Positions 38,801 to 48,407 of a stretch of DNA of 64,000 bases are shown here, piece by piece. The notes beneath the pieces are model-generated. The model was not told the DNA's origin and ran no database searches. It saw nothing but the letters and a program-made list of their open reading frames with translations. This DNA comes from Phoronis australis (lineage: Eukaryota; Animalia; Phoronida): contig NMRA01000220.1 in the NCBI GenBank assembly GCA_002633005.1, forward strand, positions 573,337 to 637,336, in the 5' to 3' direction. Each line of letters opens with the position of its first letter. Position 1 is the first letter of the stretch. A program made the translations under genes and the position numbers.

Positions 38801-41800
38801 CATATGAGCACAGTTGGCCACCTCAGCGCGTGGACAAGCTGTTAGAAAGGACATTAAAGTGTACACAACATGACTCTAGTACCTCAAAATAAATTTTATT
38901 ATTATATCTTACTAGATTTCAGTGCCTTTAGTGCACAGCTCATAAAGAAACACGCAAAAATTGAAAAAATAATAATTATGTACCACGTCATGGGTTGAGC
39001 CCAAGTCGTTCGCCATACTGTTCGGATCAGAGACATAGTGTATAGAGTGAAGAGAAAGCAAAGTACATTTAGTGTCGAGAAGGTTCGTAGAGGGACCAAA
39101 AGATGTGTTTCCGGAGGCTGCAGCAACAGCAGCCATGCAGAGAACGTCTCGGTGTTCCGAAGGACACCAAAGTTGCGCAGAAGTGGCATAGCTTCGTGCG
39201 CCGAACGAGAGTGTGGGACTCATCGTGGACCAAGCGATTCGGTCCGGGGCCACTCTGTGTTCTGCCCACTTTGAGGACTCGTGTTTCGACTCCAGTCACA
39301 GGAGACGTTACGATGAAGGCCTGGTTCAACAAAGGACAATAAACATCATTCAGAAACATCAGCTCTTAATTCAGGATCGTCTGTTGGATGACTGGGTTGA
39401 CTCGCTGAGCCCGAGGCCGCTTCTCTCGCGGGAGGATCCAGTTCGTAAGGCTCAAAGTAGAAAAGAACGCGCTGCCGGAAGCACATTAAACTTATTGTCG
39501 CTTTCGTGCAATCCCATTTCCTCATCCTGGCCACCATTCCCGTACGTTTCTTCATAGTATTCGTTCAATTCTTGCTCATAATCGTCGTCGCTTTCAAATT
39601 TCCTGCTCTCCGCCATTGTTCAATGCTAGTCACTGATCTCTTGTGTTCAACCCATGACGTCACATGGCGGGAAATGTGAAAATTAGCAAAATTGAAAGAA
39701 AAATCAAAATTTCGAGTTAATTACACAAAATAAACATGGGTTTAGCTAAATTTTACGTCATACATTTAGTCTGTGGCCACCGGTAATTCAAAATGTGCAA
39801 AAATCCATGGTGTGTACTGTTTAAAGATCATTGACAACTTCACAGTTGACCAAAGCTGTCTTGGAAAAGGTACAGTAGTTATTATACGTTTTGACGTTTT
39901 CAAACTGCTATAAATCCGTCTTCTGTCACAAACATAAACTTTTAATTTTGACTACTTATCAGTATGAAATTAACCTCAAGATGTTCGTAGTTAAACTGAA
40001 ATGATCCCAAGGCTTTGAAAATTATTACCGGCTCCCTATTGCTTAAGGCTCCACTTCACAATGCTAAACTGCATTTTGTGCGCTGACCATGGTGTCAAGG
40101 AATAACGAATTGCCAGTTCTTTAAGACGGCAGTTTCTCTCCTTAGCCACAACGCAGGTTCGTACCCTCATTAACTTTTAATTCCTGTGCATTTAAACAGT
40201 CCCAATTGGCCCATTATCAAAAAATCGGAGACGGCGCATTGCTATGGATTGTGCAGGATTCAAATCCGAACGAAATTTAACCAGTAAAAAACAGTACTTT
40301 TATGAACATTCAAAGTCGAGAAATGGCATGAATTGCGTATCTCCCAAAATTGTTACTCTAAAAAGATCCAAAATGGACACCAATCTAATTTCAAATGAGA
40401 AATATTTTCTTTTGGATACCAAGAGATTAAGTAAGGCTAAATTTAAACATGTCGCACATCTATGAAGTTTAACCCGCACGTCTTGCCCAAAGTTAATATA
40501 ACATGTTATAAAATAACTTTGAACGTGTACGTGAACATGTATGTGAATTCAAACATTTTTAACCAGCGAAAGGAGGGAAACTCATCAGTCATTGATAAAG
40601 ACCTTGCGGACCAGATTGAAACGTCTGCAGTCAATCTACATCGTCTCAAAGTTAGTGGTTGTCTTATACTGCTATATGTACGTAATCACTTTGTCTATTA
40701 CTTAAACAACAATAATAGGCGTTTAATACTCAATCTGCACACATCGTCTCCATTGCGAGAAGTTTGCAACTTTCAACGTCTGGGAAGACGTAGCAGAAGT
40801 AAAAACTTACGATCACAACGTGGCGAATAATACTCATCGGCACAGTTGGAGCAGTAGTTAGGGCTTACACAAGTACCTCCGTTGGGGCATGATGTTGACC
40901 CAAAACAAACAGCTGTAACACAAGGTAAACACACATCTATTACTTTTGCACAATTTGCTGCATGACTAACCTTTGAGCATAAACGAAGCAAATAGCAAAT
41001 TATTCGTTGGTGATGTTGCCTAGCGACATTCCTTCTGAAGAACGTTACGATATACAATGTGGTTCTAGACGTTTCTTATAACTCAAACGATACAGACCCC
41101 ATTTTTGCCGTGACAGGCATGAACTGTGGACACAGCCTGTTGCTCTAGATCTGGAGACCAAGTGTCCAGACACAAGATATTGCTGTGGCGGCCATGTTTT
41201 TTCGCGTAGTTATAGCTTCAAATTAATCAATCTTGATATGTGGATAGATTTAGCCAAGAGTTGAAAGAAATGAAGACTAGTTCACAGGTGGGGCTAGCCT
41301 ATCACGGCCTCTTCTGATCAGTGATCAGTGATCCGTCGAAGACTGTCGTCAAGTAGGGCACGCAGCGGTGTTCTGTCGGCTACATGAAGACCACGTACAT
41401 GTGATGTATATGCCAAATTTCTTGAGCCACTACCAAGGGACATAAAAGATATCAAGCCATAGCAAAAATCCCACTAGAGGAATCAGCAGTAGTGTGATTT
41501 TACCAAAAATATGCTCTTCTCACCATGAAAAAAAAACCGACGTTGCCAGTTGACACCCACACCAATCGAGATTGGGCAAACTTAACTGGTTTGCCTGCTT
41601 CGAAATTCAGTGGTAGAAACCAGCAGCTAATTAAAGAGAATTGCATCACCTGTGGACGCTGATGAATCGGGCTCAACGTAATTACATGTACACTAGGGCC
41701 GACAATAGTATCTTTAAATGTTTGTATTGAAAGTTATTAAAATAATACATTTTCTTATTTCGCAAAAATTACACATGGTTACAGTAGGTTAATTGAATTT

Positions 41801-44800
41801 TGAAAATCAGACAAGAGTTATATAATTTTTGCAAACCGCAATTTTTGAACAATTTTGACAATATCCTGCTTCTCTTTAATTTTGCTTAGTGTGCAACATA
41901 ATTGAGCCAATTACCAAACCAACAGGCAGCAGTTCCAAACTGGGATAAGTCAAGTGTCATCGTACGAGTCTTGTTATGATACATATATCATGACCCATCA
42001 AGAAACTTGGGAAAAAACTGAATAACATGCACATTTACTTAATTGCCAATAAGGGGCCCCAGAACATTCGCACCGGTTCGAAAATCATTGTCATCCGGAT
42101 TTTTCCTTCCCGGTAGAAACGCATATGGAAGTTTTCATAACAGTGGCTTAGCCAATACAGATACCAAGGCGAAAAACCTGAAAATGAGAAAAATGACTCA
42201 TCTTTGGTGTGCAATAACCCAAACCAAAACGTGCTTATTAGATACGGTCTTTTCCTCGACTCCGACAAGTTTAGGCATAACTTAAGTAATGTCTCTGACT
42301 GTAAATGTGGTGACCACCAATCTTATCCTCATATTTTCTTCAAATGTTCCTTCATCGAATACCTGAGAGACTAATTCTTTCGTGCACTCAATTAAAACCA
42401 ATCAATTGTTAAAGCTCTCAATTCTTGTAATAATATCCCTACTAAACTTACATTATTACTGAATGGTAGTCCTAACTTTGACCTTGTTCTCAATGAATTC
42501 CTCCTAAGCAACGTTAGCAAATTTTTATGAACCGTTTATAAATATTGTTGCTTCTGATTTCCATACATGAATCTGAACTTGTTTTTGTTTTCATATATTT
42601 GTAATAGCATATCTAAATATTGGAATACTTATATTAGATACTACTTAAATGTATATACCACTATGTGTATTAGTTTCATTCATGAATTGTCTACAACCCA
42701 GATATAATGCAGCGCGATTTCTGGGTTTGTTATTATTTCTTTGTATGTTCTGTGTATTCTTCAATAAATATATATCACTTTAAAAGAGGTTGGGATTGAA
42801 GACAGTGCTCAACCGGCGGTACATTATCTCCTGAGCATCGTCCCATATGCGACTGAGACAATATCAACGTTTAACGAACACTTACGGAGACAATTTGTGC
42901 CGGATCCAGAGTATCCTGAATTGCAAGTGCACGTGAAACTTCCGTGTGTGTTTGCGCATGTTGCATAAGTATGGCAGTTGTCAGTTCCACCGGCACACTC
43001 GTCTATGTCTGGAAAAGAAACATTCATTCATGGTTGAGAATGATCAGTATACCATGTATTAGTTTCAGTAAAAATGGCCACTAGGTGGCGCAAACTACGT
43101 TGAATCTATCCGAAAACGGAAGGATACCGTCGTCTCACTAATAGATGCCTATACACCAAATTTTGTGAAAATATGTTGAGGGCCTTTGAAGATACAGAGG
43201 TAAACGTAAAAAAACTAAAATTGCCACAAGGGACACACCGGTAGTCGGATCCGTCCGAAACTTCGCTCATGCCGTACCATACATTGATGAAACACATGCA
43301 CAAAGTTTCATGAACATACGTCAACTGGTTTGGAGATAAGGTAGCGGACGCCGGACTCAGGACGGATGCCTGTCGGACGCCGTTCGGACGGACGGACAGA
43401 GATGACGGTATAATCATTCACTACGTAAGCCAACGTCATGTGTCATTATCTTACTCATATGGAGTACATTTTCACTTCTATCATTTTGCTCGGTAGACGG
43501 CGCTTTTGTAAACATGGTGGCTCCCCATTTCTGGTTTAAGCAGTAGACTTATCGCGTTTTTGAATCAATGTAAATGTTACTGAACAACTGTCGTAAATGC
43601 CGACTCAGATCAATGTCCGAACCGGGAATCTGACATGGACCAGCCATGTACGCTTGCACGGTGGTACTTGCTTAAAAAGTGAGTTAAACGTGGTCTGAAT
43701 TGAAGATAAATTGGTGTTTTTCGACACATCACTGTGTCTGTGGCCGCTTGGGCTTCGACTCTCAGAGTTCAGTCTTATCACAACTAACTACATTGTACTT
43801 TGGAAACAAGTCGGATATAATGTTCCCTGGTTTTGAGAATGACGCTATCAATATGTTGTAATAGCTGTGGGGGTTCACTTGTTATAACTCACGGAATCAG
43901 GCGGTTATTGTTTACCATCCGACTCCATTAACGTACATGCTTGATATTAATATAAACAATAACCAATCACGCTGTTAGTGTTAGCCAGATGGAACACGGT
44001 CAGTGACAGCAAATGTCTAGAGTTGACCAGGCGAATACACGTGTTGTTGGTCACTTTATACTAGGGGACAATGGGAAATGAACGACAGGACAAGGACTTG
44101 GTCGAAAAAAGACGATGACTGTAATAACTGAATAACATTTCTATTAGTCAGTGGATTAACTAATGACCGCCGTCTCTAGCTGGCCCGAGTAGAGACGGTG
44201 AAGGGCCTCTTAGAGTTTCATACATCAAAGTCATGTTGTTTAAGTACCTCTTGCTCATAGAGGGACACCTTAGGTACCCAACTCAAACAAACACTCCTGT
44301 AATGTAACTTCTTCTACAATCAGTCCTTCGTTCAGTTGCCCAAATCATCAACTGGCCAGTTTTACACTGCGCGCCCACCTATTTTTACCGCGCCCGCCAG
44401 TGTGAGGCATAATTCGCCTAAATTCTTCCGGCGTATGTTACTGTCAGTGGATGGAACTTGTTATCCATGTCAGGGACCATTATATCCGAGCAGTAACTAC
44501 AGAATTTTTGCAAAAGGTTAATTGAACATGTTTCCCATCTGCAGTACTAAAATTGATCAGCTTGATTAAAATTTTACAGCCGTACGTCAACTCACTTGAA
44601 CACAGATAATTCTAGAGGGCACATCAGTCATCTTAGTAAAAATTGAAAGCCTTTGCTATTTACGTATATTTAATTTCAGACAAAGTCAAAGACATGCATA
44701 TTATGTGGCAAACTCTTACACTCTAACTCCCACGCACACGAAGTTGAAAAAAGCTACATTAAAGCAGAGGTTCTTAGACTTTTACACCTCGTTTATATTC

Positions 44801-47800
44801 AATTCAACAACGATTTGCTGGATACTAGGCCTGTGCTTATCTGCAGCTCATGCATTCCGTTTTGTTCAAAACTCACACAGCTGCAGAAATCCACAAGAAT
44901 GGATGTCAGCATTCTCATTGCTCAGTCTGAAGATCGACAGAAACATGTACTAATTGATTTGCCATTTGTCTCCTAAGACGCCAACAGGAGCAAAGAGATT
45001 GTTAAATTTTGAGTCCGAGTTAAATGACCATGGGTATGCAGTATCTGAGGATTATCAACAATCCAACCCTTTCCTGTCAAACGTGTCTAAAGACTCGACT
45101 GAGCAACTTGATCGGAAGCTGTTTAAAATCAGTACATCGTTGGATGATCGCTGCAAGAAAAACTGTGCTTAGCATTCCCATGAAGGACCTGGATGACAAG
45201 CCGCTTCTTTGGAATATTGTGAAAGAAGAGTAAAATCGTCGACATGGGCTAACACTTCTGTGTGTCATTCACTTCATATTGCTGTGACTAAGAATGACAT
45301 CTCTGTAGCCATAGTGTATGGATTACATATAGATATTTGCAAAAAAACCCTCAAATCTGTGCCGTACAGAGGCTACTGTCTGCTGCGTGTATTCATCATC
45401 ATGCTGGCAATGGTGTATGTTTGAAATTTTTCAGATGGCTCACATTTATAGCTTATAATTGTTTTTAACATATAGTTTTAGCAAAGGTTACATAGTTGAT
45501 GATAGCAATTAGAACGGTGATATATTACATTAAAAGTTCTCCATATTGATACAGCCTCATAAATTCAGAACACAGAAATCTTGGCTGAAATTTATTTTTT
45601 TAATCCTGAAGTTTGAGGCGTGAGTGATTTGTATATTTTCGTACTTTTGAAATTCCTAACGCTATGTTGTAGCATAACAGGTTGCAAGAATACTCCTGTA
45701 AGTTCGATTTTTGAAATTCAGTGTGTAGTTAACTGTAAAACTGATGAATGACTCTTCTTGTTTATAAGTGGATCTGCTTTAAGAAAAAAGGTTGTAAAAG
45801 TGATGACAATTTATTGTTTAGTTTATGATCTTTAGTGATACACCAGCTTTAAAAATGTCAGTGACGAAAGGTAGAAATCATAAATGACAACAGATATCAA
45901 TAGTCCATTTCAGTTAATGACTCTGAAGCAGGTAATAGTGGCAGTACCCGTGTGGTTAAAGAGTCATGACATAATGCTTTCGATTTAAAAATCTTGAGGG
46001 ACTTTCAGATATGTAAGCTATGAGTGTTTTTTCACAAGAAATAATGTGTGTGTTGTTAAAATCAGTTGCATAGTGAGTTAGACACTGAATGATCTCAGTG
46101 CTTAATATACATCAAATTTTATGAAATTACATTGAGCGTGCTTTAATTTCCGCGGTCTCTTCATGATAAACAGACTCTTCAGCTATCTAAATTCAATATA
46201 TACTGCTAGTTAAAATACAAGAACAACGCGGAGCGCTGAAATGCGCCCACGAATGCATCGCAAATGGTGTGCCTTTAGGGTTATTTATTTGTATCATAAA
46301 AATGGCCAATAGATGGCGCAAAATGTACAATCCATTCAAATAGAGCTATGGATGCAAAACAAAACAGAGCTACCACTAGGAGGATCCACGGTATTCAGTC
46401 GCCATCATCAAACGTCCTCTTCACACTGAGAACATTTCAATTTTCAAAACCATCCCTAGAAGGATTTGGTTGACCAGGGTTTGAACACAGCAAAAATGGC
46501 CACTAGGTGGCGCAAAATACCTAGAATCCATTCAAAAATGGAGCAAAGCGTCATCTTTTCAATAAATGCCTACATTCAAAATTTCATGAAAATCTGTTTT
46601 GGACATTTGAAGATACAGAGGTAAACGTAAAAAACTAAACTTGCCTCTAGGGGACACACGAGAGATTAGATCCATCCTAAAATCGTTGTTGCTCGTTGTC
46701 ACCATCATATAAATACACTTGCCAAATCAAAAAAAAGAACCTGCAAACGGTTTGGGAAATACAGTCGTGAGCGCAAAAAAAATGCCAACAGAAGGCGCCA
46801 CAGTAATCGAAGTTGGAAAATCATCGTCAGCCGTCCACTTCATAGTTAAAACATAATATGCCAATTTTCGCAAATTATCCTGAAAGCGGTTTGGTTGATA
46901 GACGAGTGGACGCCAAAAACAGACTCGAAAACAGTAAAAATTTCCACTAGGTGGGGAAAAGTAGGTAGAATCCATCTGAAAATGGAAAGATGGCGTCACC
47001 TCATTAACAGATGCCTGTATGCCAAATTTTATGAAAATACATTGAGGACATTTGAAGATAGAGAGGTAAACGTAAAAAATAAAATTGCCACCAGGTCGCA
47101 CACCAGTAGTCAGATCTGTCTGATAGTCGTCATCCTGCTTTATTAACATCATATAAATGCACTTACTAAATTTAGTAAAGATCCTGCAAACGGTTTAGGA
47201 GATAGAGCCATAGGCGCAAAAAATGCCATTAGTAGGCGCCACAGTTGTTGAAGTTGTCGGAAAACCATCGTCAGCCGTCCACTTCATAGTAAGAACTTAC
47301 CTGTAAATGACAATTTTCGCAATCATCCTTTGAGCGGTTCAGTTGATGGAGGGATGGACGCCAAAAACAGACTTGAAAACAGTAAAAATGGCCGCTGGAT
47401 GACGCAAAATACCTCGAATCCATCCGAAAACAAAAGGATAGCGTCATCTCATTAATAGATGCCTATGTGCCAAATTTTATGAAAATCGGTTGAGGACCTT
47501 TCAAGATACATAGACTAACGTAAAGAAACTAAAATTGCCACCAGGGGACACAGCGGTTATTGGGTCGGTCCCAAATTCGTCGCCCTCAGTCGTCAACCCC
47601 ATAGGAACACACCTGCCAAATTTCAATAAGATCCTGCAAGGGGTTTATGAGATGCAGCCGGGGACGCCAGACGCCGGACGCCCGGACGCCCAGACAGAGG
47701 TGACGGCAATATGCGCCCACATATAAATATGTGGGCGCATAAAAATAAAGCATATTCCGTGATGAGGGCAGTCAAGGTATTTACTCCAAATAACTGACGT

Positions 47801-48136
47801 TAATTTGTTCACTGTAACGGACTCAGTCTAATTAAAATATGCACACGCAAGCGTCACTAGTCAAATTTTGTAATGTACATTCACGTACCTCGGCAGGAGT
47901 ACCAAACTTTCAGGTATTTTGTCCTCGACCAACATGTTTCCCCAAAGTTGTTGTTATTAGCTTGTACATTGCAATCAGTGTTTCCTTGACACATCGACTT
48001 TACTTTAGACGTCCTATCCGCCGGGTAACATGACAACAAGAATCTCACACCATACGTTGCTGACCTAACGTCGATAGTTGTGCCGGTATCACACCGTAGC
48101 ATAGCCGTACGACCCTCCTCTGCTTCTACAAATTTC
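7434..48136 (-). CDS. Giant multi-exon gene (at least 23 coding exons, ~3,300 aa, 5' end incomplete): SUEL lectin + EGF + FN3/Ig-like DxTPP repeat protein, probably secreted
   Basis: All exons listed below have AG acceptors and GT donors with matching phases and join into one stop-free frame (sum 9,913 nt) ending at TGA 7434-7436. Recurrent motif W-x-G-F-x-D-x-E-S-G-I-x-x-Y-x-x-A-I-G...Y-Y-V-T-V-x-A-x-N-x-x-G-L...S-D-G-V-x-V-D-x-T-P-P. Confidence 0.9.
8658..9962 (-). CDS. Exon 22: FN3/Ig-like repeats plus a CBM-like insert
   Basis: tttccag/gtaagt, phase 1-1. DNEPP, DGTPP, DLVTNGDF, DWLAP. Confidence 0.92.
11246..12804 (-). CDS. Exon 21: several FN3/Ig-like repeats plus a Cys-rich insert
   Basis: gtctag/gtgggt, phase 2 to 1, 1559 nt open. 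DNTAP, DSTPP, DHTPP. Confidence 0.92.
14220..14403 (-). CDS. Exon 20 (not in the ORF track)
   Basis: tttcag/gtaagt, phase 1 to 2. LLPGEKYFTTVKACNSIGLCNTATSDGIIGDDSPPLPG. Confidence 0.92.
14633..14783 (-). CDS. Exon 19
   Basis: ttacag/gtaaac, phase 0 to 1. DADYQQDLTSLTVNWFGFQDAE...VAVGTEPG. Confidence 0.92.
15191..15298 (-). CDS. Exon 18 (not in the ORF track)
   Basis: tttcag/gtacat, phase 0-0. ATNVVGLSVSATSPEFTCDTTRPAKGFVYDGLNKSQ. Confidence 0.88.
15431..15741 (-). CDS. Exon 17
   Basis: tttacag/gtaagt, phase 1 to 0. AFDHVGL...SQGVLVDTTPP... Confidence 0.92.
16353..16397. repeat. (TG)n/(CG)n microsatellite
   Basis: tgtgtgtgtgtgtgcgtgtgcgcgcgcacgcgcgcgtgtgtgt. Confidence 0.9.
18402..19366 (+). 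mobile_element. Helentron/HINE-like element, copy 2 (both ends present)
   Basis: 5' AACAAGAG plus subTIR ATGCGCCCAC, tandem monomers, (GGAC)n microsatellite at ~19255-19318, and a 3' hairpin ...CACATAAAAATGTGGGCGCGT followed by an A-run. Confidence 0.8.
19432..19548 (-). CDS. Exon 16
   Basis: tttaag/gtaagc, phase 1-1. TSPGDVDVRNFVDVG...LNLNSGITYYVVVR. Confidence 0.9.
20516..21430. repeat. Long diverged inverted repeat (~170-bp arms), Penelope pLTR-like
   Basis: 20516-20685 is the reverse complement of 21258-21430, e.g. catcaggatacaaagaatcagacatc / gatgtctgattgtttgtatcctgatg and tcgacatacgagtcagg / cctgactcgtatgtcga. Confidence 0.8.
21661..22444 (-). CDS. Exon 15: FN3/Ig-like repeats
   Basis: ccacag/gtaaat, phase 0 to 1. 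SNGYIVDTTAP...WSGFTDLE...YAIG. Confidence 0.92.
22611..23749 (-). CDS. Exon 14: FN3/Ig-like repeats
   Basis: ttttag/gtttgt, phase 1 to 0, 1139 nt open. Confidence 0.92.
24136..24782 (-). CDS. Exon 13: FN3/Ig-like repeats
   Basis: cttcag/gtaagc, phase 2 to 1. SDGVTVDKTPP and IDQTPP repeats. Confidence 0.92.
26204..26538 (-). CDS. Exon 12
   Basis: tttaag/gtgcga, phase 0 to 2. ETCPSGSDACYCP...DNSPPTSGTVWDG...WGGFIDYESGIRYY. Confidence 0.88.
26722..27006 (-). CDS. Exon 11
   Basis: atttag/gtaagc, phase 0-0. VWIQAEDIMGN...IDSSPP...DEHSGVRRVYYRLG. Confidence 0.9.
27616..27779 (-). CDS. Exon 10
   Basis: ttgcag/gtgaat, phase 1 to 0. GIVSFKY...PKDGDTFK. Confidence 0.88.
29167..29311 (-). CDS. Exon 9
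   Basis: tttcag/gtatgc, phase 0 to 1. LSWKDYFYNDYH...GTDNVH. Confidence 0.88.
29400..30361. mobile_element. Non-autonomous DNA transposon (hAT-like TIR)
   Basis: TIRs cagtggcggatctagg / cctaaatccgccgatg with subterminal G/C runs. No exact TSD seen. Confidence 0.6.
29625..29690 (-). mobile_element. tRNA-derived SINE head (Pol III A and B boxes) nested in the MITE
   Basis: Minus strand reads GGTTGTGTAGTGGTAAAGCGTGCGCG...GTGAGTTCGAGTC. No complete cloverleaf. Confidence 0.5.
30464..31070 (-). CDS. Exon 8
   Basis: ccgtag/gtaagt, phase 2 to 0. LCAEFKVVAGG...MDFTKPTHC...FSGWNDFG...WQTHLGAIE. Confidence 0.88.
32775..32838. repeat. (CA)n/(CG) microsatellite
   Basis: acacgcacacacacgcacacgcgcac...acacacacac. 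Confidence 0.9.
33220..33373 (-). CDS. Exon 7
   Basis: attgcag/gtaag, phase 1 to 2. GADVDIITYTMPGDGTCEP...SFSDGDK. Confidence 0.85.
34680..34940 (-). CDS. Exon 6
   Basis: gattgcag/gtatga, phase 1-1, 261 nt open. TIIPELDLCKF...MFKKPA. Confidence 0.85.
34940..35665. repeat. ~30-bp minisatellite with a nested 19-20-bp repeat
   Basis: Unit actgcaatcacatattgtattaaatcagctt, about 13 copies at 34940-35345 and about 5 at 35500-35665. Interrupted by (cccagatctaatgcctcta)x4 at ~35352-35427. Confidence 0.95.
37149..37262 (-). CDS. Exon 5: EGF-like module
   Basis: ttttcag/gtacgt, phase 1-1. RCSWVGHHCFPGVCSNGYPSTCACAAGFSDTGSGVCD. Confidence 0.9.
38026..38070 (-). ncRNA. Degenerate minimal type-I hammerhead ribozyme motif (Penelope-like relic)
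   Basis: Minus strand reads CTT-CTAATGA-T-GGTGT(loop)ACACC-GAAAC-AC-GTC-AAG, with AATAAA downstream. Core G5 is changed to A. Confidence 0.5.
38689..38838 (-). CDS. Exon 4: Cys-rich module
   Basis: ctaacag/gtaagt, phase 1-1. CPRAEVANCAHMRCDEGPSNKKCFECNLQYQSILHKCAFTPNSALTKCD. Confidence 0.88.
38858..39820 (+). mobile_element. Kolobok-type non-autonomous DNA transposon with a frameshifted THAP domain
   Basis: TTAA TSD at 38854-38857 and 39821-39824. Imperfect TIR agtgtacacaacatg / catggtgtgtactgt. Inner IR acgtcatgggttg / caacccatgacgt. THAP fragments RCVSGGCSN..PKD...KW..FVRRTR..LCSAHFEDSCF across three frames (39090-39340). Confidence 0.8.
40811..40912 (-). CDS. Exon 3: EGF-like domain
   Basis: ttacag/gtaag, phase 1-1. 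VCFGSTSCPNGGTCVSPNYCSNCADEYYSPRCD. Confidence 0.92.
42040..42775 (+). mobile_element. LINE 3' end relic (zinc-knuckle region plus 3' UTR)
   Basis: LDSDKFRHNLSNVSDCKCGDHQSYPHIFFKC and LLNGSPNFDLVLNEFLLSNVSKF, then an AT-rich UTR ending in aataaa at ~42764. Confidence 0.7.
42886..43008 (-). CDS. Exon 2: calcium-binding EGF domain
   Basis: ttttccag/gtaag, phase 1-1. DIDECAGGTDNCHTYATCANTHGSFTCTCNSGYSGSGTNC is a canonical cbEGF consensus. Confidence 0.95.
43063..43412 (+). mobile_element. Helentron/HINE-like element, copy 3 (truncated)
   Basis: Two monomers plus a GGAC repeat and GATGACGG, homologous to the 3' part of copy 2. Confidence 0.75.
46217..47745 (+). mobile_element. Helentron/HINE-like element, copy 4 (both ends present, about 10 monomers)
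   Basis: 5' ACAAGAACAACGCGGAGCGCTGAAATGCGCCCAC and a perfect 3' hairpin ATGCGCCCACATATAAATATGTGGGCGCAT (47711-47740) followed by AAAAA. Confidence 0.82.
47889..48136 (-). CDS. Exon 1 (first identified): SUEL/rhamnose-binding (Gal_Lectin-type) domain
   Basis: Acceptor gcttttgcag, donor gtacgt, phase 2 to 1. KFVEAEEGRTAMLRCDTGTTIDVRSATYG...CQGNTDCNVQANNNNFGETCWSRTKYLKVWYSC matches the SUEL pattern. Confidence 0.88.
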
Positions 48137-48407
48137 CTGCAAAAGCAATGCTTGAGTAGAGGTTGACCCAAAAACGCCACCATTGAAAATGTCAGTGACT
48201 TTTCCACTTGTCAATCTGTTGCTATGTGTGATGCTTGTGTGGACGTTTAGGGCATTGTTTGTAACAAGATGCATTGCAGAAAAAAACATTTTCTGTGGAA
48301 ATATATATTGAGACAAAATGCATAGTTGCTGTGCAAGCTCGCTTTAAAAAGGCAATTGCGGTGTTGCCATTATTTAGACAAGAGTCTAATCTATTAATGA
48401 ACCCATA

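Noticed and set aside
44700-45235. Possible transposase N-terminal remnant
   Set aside because: The fragments look protein-like but I could identify no diagnostic motif.
4838-47726. Repeated short ORFs (MPLGGT..., MRHLV...) as a peptide gene family
   Set aside because: They are translations of the Helentron-like monomers, mostly with non-ATG starts and variable frames.
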